Shown here in pieces: positions 1 to 3,862 of a stretch of DNA of 5,004 nt. Source of the DNA: a virus (Duplodnaviria; Heunggongvirae; Uroviricota; Caudoviricetes); the IMG/VR virus record IMGVR_UViG_3300014523_000031. One strand, given 5' to 3'. Each line of letters begins with the position of its first letter. The stretch's first letter is position 1. A program made the translations under genes and the position numbers. The notes beneath the pieces were generated by a model. That model was given only the letters and a program-made list of their open reading frames with translations. It was not told the origin of the DNA and made no database searches.

Positions 1-77
1 ATATCTCCTTCGTTACCGATTAATTCTTTCATCTGACGAATGAATTCTTCGTCTGACCAGTTATCTGTAAAACTCAT
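1..77 (-). CDS. Hypothetical protein, N-terminal part only (MSFTDNWSDEEFIRQMKELIGNEGD...); continues past window start
   Basis: ATG at 77-75 on minus, open to position 1. Its start overlaps the stop of the upstream cIII-like ORF (ATGA, plus 74-77), suggesting translational coupling. Absent from the ORF track because it is truncated. Product not recognised. Confidence 0.45.
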   Translation of the reverse strand, partial: MSFTDNWSDEEFIRQMKELIGNEGD

Positions 78-244
78 GGACGGCCTTGTTGTTTCAAAAT
101 ATCCCAAAGCTTTTCGAGCAAACTTTTCATTCTTGGTTGTTTAAAGTCTGCTCCGGTTAAAATGTTTTTTCGTGAATGCTGTACCGATAAAATCGGGTTG
201 AAAGGGCGAACCGATGCCGCCCCTGCAATAGCGAACTGTTGCAT
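74..244 (-). CDS. cIII: CIII-like protein (lambda CIII family, FtsH inhibitor that stabilises CII), 56 aa
   Basis: Hand translation gives MQQFAIAGAASVRPFNPILSVQHSRKNILTGADFKQPRMKSLLEKLWDILKQQGRP. The N-terminus (MQ.FAIAG) and C-terminal SLLE...DIL.Q.G segment resemble lambda CIII as I recall it. AAGGAG Shine-Dalgarno 6 nt upstream of ATG 244. Reading frame stays open upstream into the N gap, so the true start is not certain. Below the ORF-track size cutoff. Confidence 0.6.
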   Translation of the reverse strand: MQQFAIAGAASVRPFNPILSVQHSRKNILTGADFKQPRMKSLLEKLWDILKQQGRP

Positions 245-298
245 AGGATGCTCCTTCTGTTTGATTGCATAACGAAAACGCCTCGAATGAAGCGTTAT

Positions 299-414
299 NN
301 NNNNNNNNNNNNNNNNNNNNNNNNNNNNNNNNNNNNNNNNNNNNNNNNNNNNNNNNNNNNNNNNNNNNNNNNNNNNNNNNNNNNNNNNNNNNNNNNNNNN
401 NNNNNNNNNNNNNN
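299..414. other. Assembly gap (116 consecutive N)
   Basis: Direct observation of an N run; true length and content unknown. Confidence 0.99.
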
Positions 415-441
415 CAGTGCAGTGTTTATTCTGTTGTTAGT

Positions 442-457
442 GCCAAAAATAAAGGCC
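442..457. repeat. 16-bp exact direct repeat gccaaaaataaaggcc, copy 1 (copy 2 at 968-983)
   Basis: Identical 16-mers at 442-457 and 968-983, each forming the U-tract and proximal stem of the terminator just 3' of a minus-strand accessory gene. Confidence 0.8.
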
Positions 458-470
458 GACTATGCGGCCT
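442..470 (-). terminator. Rho-independent terminator downstream of the 151-aa ORF
   Basis: On the minus strand: 6-bp GC-rich stem (plus 453-458 aggccg / 465-470 cggcct), 6-nt loop, then TTATTTTTGG (complement of plus 442-452). Sits 5 nt after the stop at 475. Confidence 0.6.
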
Positions 471-474
471 GAAA

Positions 475-930
475 TTACTTAACCAATGATGCTGCATATT
501 CGATAAGGTAAAGCTTTGGGGCCAGCCAAATTTTTAACCAAGTCATATTGGTTACTACACCAATAATAAAAAATCCCCACAGAGTCAAAACTCCAACCAA
601 TGGCATGATAAGAAGATTAATATCACCTTTGCTATCCCAAACCATTGTCGGCCTGTATTTGGGATTTCCTTTCTCCCATGAATATCCTTCATCACCGATT
701 TTACCTGTCTCAACTCTTTGGCACTGCTTCTTCATAAACCAGAAAACCAGTGGGATTGTTAGAATGGCGATGGCCATTAATGTTTTAATCAGACTGTCAA
801 CCATATTCCATAGCAGCAACTGATGAACAACATCAGGAATCTGTGCCTGGCTAAATGAAACAGCCGCGTCTATTCCATTACTGGCTTTTTGCAGTAGTTC
901 TACGAGAATCTTGTTTGCTTGTTCTTCCAT
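475..930 (-). CDS. Hypothetical small membrane protein, 151 aa, two predicted transmembrane segments; function unknown
   Basis: ATG 930 with AAGGTGA Shine-Dalgarno (complement of plus 934-940). Hydrophobic stretches LMAIAILTIPLVFWFM and LLIMPLVGVLTLWGFFIIGVV flank a charged loop. Has its own downstream terminator. The antisense ORF 548-823 looks compositionally junk-like. Confidence 0.75.
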   Translation of the reverse strand: MEEQANKILVELLQKASNGIDAAVSFSQAQIPDVVHQLLLWNMVDSLIKTLMAIAILTIPLVFWFMKKQCQRVETGKIGDEGYSWEKGNPKYRPTMVWDSKGDINLLIMPLVGVLTLWGFFIIGVVTNMTWLKIWLAPKLYLIEYAASLVK

Positions 931-970
931 ATATCACCTTGATTTTAATAAGCATGAAATTATTTACGGC
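921..970. repeat. About 50-bp imperfect direct repeat at the 5' boundary of the accessory genes, copy 1 (copy 2 at 1231-1280)
   Basis: Ungapped hand alignment of 921-970 against 1231-1280 gives 36 of 50 identical positions, in the same register relative to the two start codons (930 and 1240). Covers the first codons, the SD and about 40 nt upstream. Confidence 0.6.
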
Positions 971-999
971 CAAAAATAAAGGCCACCATCAGGCAGCCT
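968..999 (-). terminator. Probable rho-independent terminator downstream of the 83-aa ORF
   Basis: Minus-strand hairpin AAGGCUGCC-UGAU-GGUGGCCUU (9-bp stem with two G-U pairs) followed by UAUUUUUGG. Contains copy 2 of the 16-bp repeat and overlaps the stop codon at 989-991. Confidence 0.45.
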
Positions 1000-1240
1000 T
1001 GTTGTAAATGTTGCAGGTATCAAGTAAGTAATTAGATGGAGCGCCATAAATTATGAATTCATCGTTTGTCGGGTCCATCTCCATCTCTTGGCCTATTGCC
1101 ATTCTTGCGTCAGTGTCATCAGAGGCGAAGCATAAAACAGCCCACGCACCCATTGTTTTAAAAAGAACTGCAATTGGCTGTGGTTTTACTGAATTTGCGT
1201 TAGCGCGAAAATCACAAATCGCACTTTCATGAAATTCCAT
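989..1240 (-). CDS. Hypothetical soluble protein, 83 aa; function unknown
   Basis: ATG 1240 with GAGGTGAG Shine-Dalgarno (complement of plus 1244-1251). No hydrophobic segments. Sits between the tL1-like terminator and the 151-aa membrane protein gene. Confidence 0.65.
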   Translation of the reverse strand: MEFHESAICDFRANANSVKPQPIAVLFKTMGAWAVLCFASDDTDARMAIGQEMEMDPTNDEFIIYGAPSNYLLDTCNIYNKAA

Positions 1241-1280
1241 ATCTCACCTCAATCGTAATAAGCTGGAATTGATTTTCCGC
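1231..1280. repeat. Copy 2 of the 5'-boundary repeat (see 921-970)
   Basis: See copy 1; 36 of 50 identities by hand alignment. Confidence 0.6.
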
Positions 1281-1356
1281 GTTGCTTCTGGCGAGCAACA
1301 CAAGTCACACCCATTTCACTGCGTGGCTTGCTGTAATAAATTAGGTTAGTTCAGAC

Positions 1357-1379
1357 AATAAAAAACCCACCGAAGTGGG
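1357..1379 (-). terminator. Rho-independent terminator (tL1-like) in the leftward operon
   Basis: Minus-strand hairpin CCCAC-UUCG-GUGGG (plus 1366-1379) followed immediately by UUUUUUAUU (complement of plus 1357-1365). On the plus strand the T-run is displaced about 9 nt from the stem, so the minus orientation is favoured. Confidence 0.7.
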
Positions 1380-1435
1380 CTATGACCATTTTTTATTTGG
1401 ATTTCGTTGGTGAGCGTGATTAACAACTCTGTGCA

Positions 1436-1717
1436 TTACATCCTCATATTTTTCATCTTCAATTTTTCGACATTGCGAGGAAATGGTGTTGCTAATGCTT
1501 TGTCAACTTTGTCCATTGGTTCTTCATTAATCTTATATTCAGGACCGTCATCTATAGCATTAAATCCAGGTGTTACACCGTTTTTTAATGCATATGCTAT
1601 CCTTTTTTCCCATCTCGCTATTCTCCTCCTGTCTCGAGATGTAAGACCTCTATCAGATACTTTTCTGTTTTGTCCGCGGTCAGGATTAACATAAATAGTC
1701 TTTTTCACCATAAGCAT
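1436..1717 (-). CDS. Hypothetical basic protein, about 93 aa, immediately downstream of and coupled to N
   Basis: The ORF-track start at 1723 is a TTG codon. The first ATG (1717-1715) lies 2 nt after the N stop codon (1722-1720). Charged, arginine-rich composition (SRDRRRIARWEKR). Stop TAA 1436-1438. The antisense plus ORF 1407-1694 is low-complexity hydrophobic and rejected. Not recognised. Confidence 0.5.
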   Translation of the reverse strand: MLMVKKTIYVNPDRGQNRKVSDRGLTSRDRRRIARWEKRIAYALKNGVTPGFNAIDDGPEYKINEEPMDKVDKALATPFPRNVEKLKMKNMRM

Positions 1718-1719
1718 AC

Positions 1720-2025
1720 TCAATAAGCACCGTACGGTAGTTTACTGTACAATTTTATTTTTTGGACTGCATGTATTTTGTTTCCTAACGGGTTTGAATC
1801 TTTGTAATAAATACTTCTATTTTTTCGAACGACTTCTTCTTTCTTCTTGCAGCAAAGGCTTCCTAGTGATGCTGCTTTGTCTGCTCTGACGCAACCAGAG
1901 AGCTTTAGCGCAATTTTTCGCGCCAGTGCTTCATTACTGCGTCGATCGGCAATAAGTTCTGCTCTGCGAGCTTTGTAGCGGCTTTTTGCCGTACCTTTGG
2001 ATTCTTTCCAGACAATGGTTACCAT
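1720..2025 (-). CDS. N: Transcription antitermination protein N, phage-21-type arginine-rich motif
   Basis: Product MVTIVWKESKGTAKSRYKARRAELIADRR... carries the boxB-binding motif GTAKSRYKARRAELIA known from phage 21 N. AAGGAG Shine-Dalgarno 6 nt upstream of ATG 2025. The ORF-track start at 2055 adds 10 residues with no SD, so I place the start at 2025. Lies directly downstream of PL and nutL. Confidence 0.9.
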   Translation of the reverse strand: MVTIVWKESKGTAKSRYKARRAELIADRRSNEALARKIALKLSGCVRADKAASLGSLCCKKKEEVVRKNRSIYYKDSNPLGNKIHAVQKIKLYSKLPYGAY

Positions 2026-2135
2026 GATGGTCTCCTTTAAGTGGCTTTGGCGCATGACGCGTCGAGGTGCTTATCTTCTCGATCGCTGTCTTGCAGCTGC
2101 AATTCGCGCCATCCCCAAAACCACTCAAGTTCTGG

Positions 2136-2175
2136 TCTCAACGGTTAGGTTGAGAGTCCGTCGATGTTAAAGAGC
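2136..2175 (-). promoter_or_regulatory. nutL: nutL: boxA plus phage-21-type boxB hairpin
   Basis: Minus-strand boxA GCTCTTTAACA (complement of plus 2165-2175), then boxB UCUCAAC-CUAACC-GUUGAGA (plus 2136-2155; 7-bp perfect stem, 6-nt loop). Same boxA 11-mer and same CUAACC loop as nutR. Confidence 0.85.
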
Positions 2176-2221
2176 CTGCCAATCTGTTCCGTTTGGCTTC
2201 CAGCGTCCTGCTGATGGCTTA

Positions 2222-2275
2222 AATTTAAGACTTCTTAATTTATTGGTCAAGTGCATTTTTGAAGAAAACTTAATT
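2222..2275 (-). promoter_or_regulatory. PL promoter with OL operators (P22-type operator sequences)
   Basis: Minus-strand -35 TTGACC (plus 2245-2250), 17-nt spacer, -10 TAAATT (plus 2222-2227). 18-bp operator-like sites at 2223-2240 (ATTTAAGACTTCTTAATT) and 2258-2275 (TTTGAAGAAAACTTAATT) fit the A.T.AAG....CTT.A.T pattern shared with the OR sites. Confidence 0.6.
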
Positions 2276-2311
2276 TTATGGGCGTGAATTTAGTTTGTCT
2301 TTGATTTTTAA

Positions 2312-2340
2312 CGGGAAATAAAAAAGGGGCGAAAGCCCCT
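2312..2340 (-). terminator. Rho-independent terminator ending the cI transcript
   Basis: Minus-strand hairpin AGGGGC-UUUC-GCCCCU (plus 2325-2340) followed by UUUUUAUUU (complement of plus 2312-2324). Begins at the cI stop codon. No rex-like genes lie between cI and PL. Confidence 0.7.
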
Positions 2341-2990
2341 TAAGGAAGGTTTGCTAGCTTGGCATCAACGACAACGCCAATGATTTTACAGTTCCCATTG
2401 ATTTCAATCATTGGGTATTGTGGATTGAGTGGTTTCAGGAATTTTCTACCGGCATCAATAACTAACTTTTTGAATGTCGCCTCGTTTTCTCCTTCAAGTT
2501 TGGCGACTACCAGCTTTCCATTACGTGGTTCGACTTCTGGGTCGACGAGAATAATCATCCCCTCAGGAATACTCAGTCCTGCCGGGGCAGTCATTGAATC
2601 GCCTTTAACGTCGAGCCAAAAAGAGTCTTCAGAACAATCTACCGTTGTGTCGTACCAGTTATCTATTGCACGCCTATGATATGGCTCTACAGCTTCCATC
2701 CAACATCCTGCGCTTACCCAACTAATTAGAGGATACGAACCTCTTGGATCATGCCTGCTGTGATAGGCAATGTTTGAAAGACTATCCTCTCCTTTCAACA
2801 GGTAATCAGGGGAGCACTGCAAAGCCTTGGCTAAGGCCAATAGGTTTTCGCCATTGGGCTCAGTTTCAGATCGCTCCCATTGGGAAATAGCAACATTAGA
2901 CACGCCAACCATCTTGCCAAGGGCAGCCTGCCTAATCTTGAGTTCTTTTCTGCGAGCGCGAATACGCTCACCCATCAGTTGTGTATTCAT
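2340..2990 (-). CDS. cI: Phage repressor CI (P22 C2-type): N-terminal HTH domain plus C-terminal S24/LexA-like autopeptidase domain
   Basis: 216 aa. HTH segment QAALGKMVGVSNVAISQWERS; Ala-Gly cleavage site in WVSAGCW; catalytic Ser in GDSM and Lys in VVAKL. Sequence matches my recollection of the P22 c2 repressor along its length. Transcribed divergently from cro across the operator region. Confidence 0.96.
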   Translation of the reverse strand: MNTQLMGERIRARRKELKIRQAALGKMVGVSNVAISQWERSETEPNGENLLALAKALQCSPDYLLKGEDSLSNIAYHSRHDPRGSYPLISWVSAGCWMEAVEPYHRRAIDNWYDTTVDCSEDSFWLDVKGDSMTAPAGLSIPEGMIILVDPEVEPRNGKLVVAKLEGENEATFKKLVIDAGRKFLKPLNPQYPMIEINGNCKIIGVVVDAKLANLP

Positions 2991-3056
2991 AGTTAAGACA
3001 TCTTAAATAAACTTGACTTAAGATTCCTTTGGTAGATAATTTAAGTGTTCTTTAAT
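2991..3056. promoter_or_regulatory. OR operator region: three 18-bp P22-type operator sites (OR3, OR2, OR1); PRM expected here on the minus strand
   Basis: Sites at 2991-3008 (AGTTAAGACATCTTAAAT), 3016-3033 (ACTTAAGATTCCTTTGGT) and 3039-3056 (ATTTAAGTGTTCTTTAAT) share the A.T.AAG....CTT.A.T pattern with 7 and 5 bp between them. PRM -10/-35 elements were not resolved confidently. Confidence 0.8.
3013..3040 (+). promoter_or_regulatory. PR promoter
   Basis: -35 TTGACT (3013-3018), 16-nt spacer, -10 GATAAT (3035-3040). Overlaps OR2 and OR1 and sits about 30 nt upstream of cro. Confidence 0.75.
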
Positions 3057-3070
3057 TTCGGAGCGAGTCT

Positions 3071-3256
3071 ATGTACAAAAAAGATGTTATTGACCACTTC
3101 GGAACCCAGCGTGCTGTTGCTAAAGCACTAGGCATTAGCGATGCAGCAGTCTCTCAGTGGAAAGAAGTTATCCCAGAGAAAGACGCCTATCGATTGGAAA
3201 TCGTTACAGCTGGCGCCCTGAAGTATCAAGAAAGTGCTTACCGCCAAGCGGCATAA
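3071..3256 (+). CDS. cro: Cro repressor (P22 Cro-type), 61 aa
   Basis: GGAG Shine-Dalgarno at 3060-3063, ATG 3071. HTH segment QRAVAKALGISDAAVSQW. Sequence matches my recollection of P22 Cro. First gene after PR. Confidence 0.95.
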   Translation: MYKKDVIDHFGTQRAVAKALGISDAAVSQWKEVIPEKDAYRLEIVTAGALKYQESAYRQAA

Positions 3257-3263
3257 GCAAATT

Positions 3264-3303
3264 GCTCTTTAACAGTTCTGGCCTTTCACCTCTAACCGGG
3301 TGA
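3264..3303 (+). promoter_or_regulatory. nutR: nutR: boxA plus phage-21-type boxB hairpin
   Basis: boxA GCTCTTTAACA at 3264-3274 (identical to the nutL boxA), then boxB UCACCU-CUAACC-GGGUGA at 3286-3303 (6-bp stem including one U-G pair, same loop as nutL). Confidence 0.85.
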
Positions 3304-3349
3304 GCAAACATCAGCGGCAAATCCATTGGGTGTGCCGCTATAACTCAAT

Positions 3350-3394
3350 ATCAATATAGGAAAATTAACAAATGGCACAAGCAAGCTACAGCAA
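3350..3394 (-). promoter_or_regulatory. Candidate PRE (establishment promoter) with a CII-binding direct repeat TTGC-N6-TTGC
   Basis: Minus strand reads TTGCTGTAGCTTGC (complement of plus 3381-3394), the canonical CII recognition geometry. It lies within the first codons of cII and points leftward toward cro and cI, as in lambda. The -10 element is not well defined. Confidence 0.55.
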
Positions 3395-3668
3395 GCCAAC
3401 ACAGCGAGAAATTGATCGCGCTGAAACTGATTTACTCATCAACCTGTCAACGCTTACCCAGCGCGGTCTGGCAAAGATGATTGGCTGTCATGAATCGAAG
3501 ATAAGCAGAACGGACTGGAGATTTATTGCTTCGGTCTTGTGTGCTTTCGGAATGGCATCAGACATCAGTCCGATTAGCAGGGCTTTTAAGTATGCGCTTG
3601 ATGAAATCACAAAGAAAAAATCCCCGGCCGCCACCGAGGATTTTAAGCAAATTGATATGCAATTCTGA
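3372..3668 (+). CDS. cII: CII-family transcriptional activator (lambda CII / P22 C1 analog), 98 aa
   Basis: C-terminal KKKSPAATEDFKQIDMQF parallels the lambda CII C-terminus (NKKRPAATERSEQIQMEF as I recall it). HTH-like segment TQRGLAKMIGCHESKISR. AGGA Shine-Dalgarno upstream of ATG 3372. Located after cro and nutR. Confidence 0.9.
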   Translation: MAQASYSKPTQREIDRAETDLLINLSTLTQRGLAKMIGCHESKISRTDWRFIASVLCAFGMASDISPISRAFKYALDEITKKKSPAATEDFKQIDMQF

Positions 3669-3700
3669 GGGAATTACTGGATCAATCCACAGGAGTAATT

Positions 3701-3862
3701 ATGACAAAACGTCGTAAGAAATACCAGGAAAAAGAAGAGATTCGACACCCTGATTCACCTGAGGGATTAGTGGTAGCCGCAGCAAATAACAGGGCGTTCG
3801 CAGAGCGCCTTGTTGGTGTTTACAGACTAGCCAAAGCAGGGGTGAAACATGGGCGTCGTTAA
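3701..3862 (+). CDS. Possible small ORF, 53 aa, basic N-terminus ([53 protein letters not shown])
   Basis: AGGAG Shine-Dalgarno at 3691-3695 with 5-nt spacing to ATG 3701. Stop TAA 3860-3862 overlaps the start of the O-like gene by 14 nt in another frame. Absent from the ORF track because of size. Not recognised. Confidence 0.4.
   Translation: MTKRRKKYQEKEEIRHPDSPEGLVVAAANNRAFAERLVGVYRLAKAGVKHGRR

Noticed and set aside
239-489. Plus-strand ORFs 239-472 and 265-489 from the ORF track
   Set aside because: Both run through the 116-N gap (translated as X); they are artefacts of the gap and overlap the minus-strand cIII-like gene.
548-823. Plus-strand 91-aa ORF antisense to the 151-aa membrane protein gene
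   Set aside because: No RBS, odd composition; the minus-strand ORF has a strong SD, a terminator and coherent transmembrane segments.
1281-1299. Inverted repeat gttgct-N7-agcaac in the spacer between tL1 and the 83-aa gene
   Set aside because: A 6-bp stem with no adjacent U-tract or recognisable promoter or operator context; could be incidental.
1357-1379. Reading the tL1-like hairpin as a plus-strand terminator
   Set aside because: On the plus strand the T-run begins about 9 nt after the stem, whereas on the minus strand the U-tract abuts the stem; there is also no plus-strand gene upstream to terminate.
1407-1694. Plus-strand 95-aa ORF
   Set aside because: Low-complexity hydrophobic translation (ILIFFIFNFS...), no RBS, runs against the operon direction; the overlapping minus-strand ORF is coupled to N.
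1934-2128. Minus-strand 64-aa ORF overlapping the N gene and its leader
   Set aside because: Alternative frame of the N region that runs through nutL; the N frame has the ARM and the SD.
2359-2679. Plus-strand 106-aa ORF antisense to cI
   Set aside because: Shadow ORF inside the well-supported repressor gene.
3621-3651. Candidate oop-like antisense terminator at the 3' end of cII
   Set aside because: Only a weak AT-rich 7-bp stem (aaaatcc/ggatttt) around a 14-nt GC-rich loop; not a convincing intrinsic terminator on either strand.
3526-3717. Plus-strand 63-aa ORF overlapping the 3' end of cII
   Set aside because: Alternative frame inside cII with no RBS; the product is Arg/Pro-rich junk.
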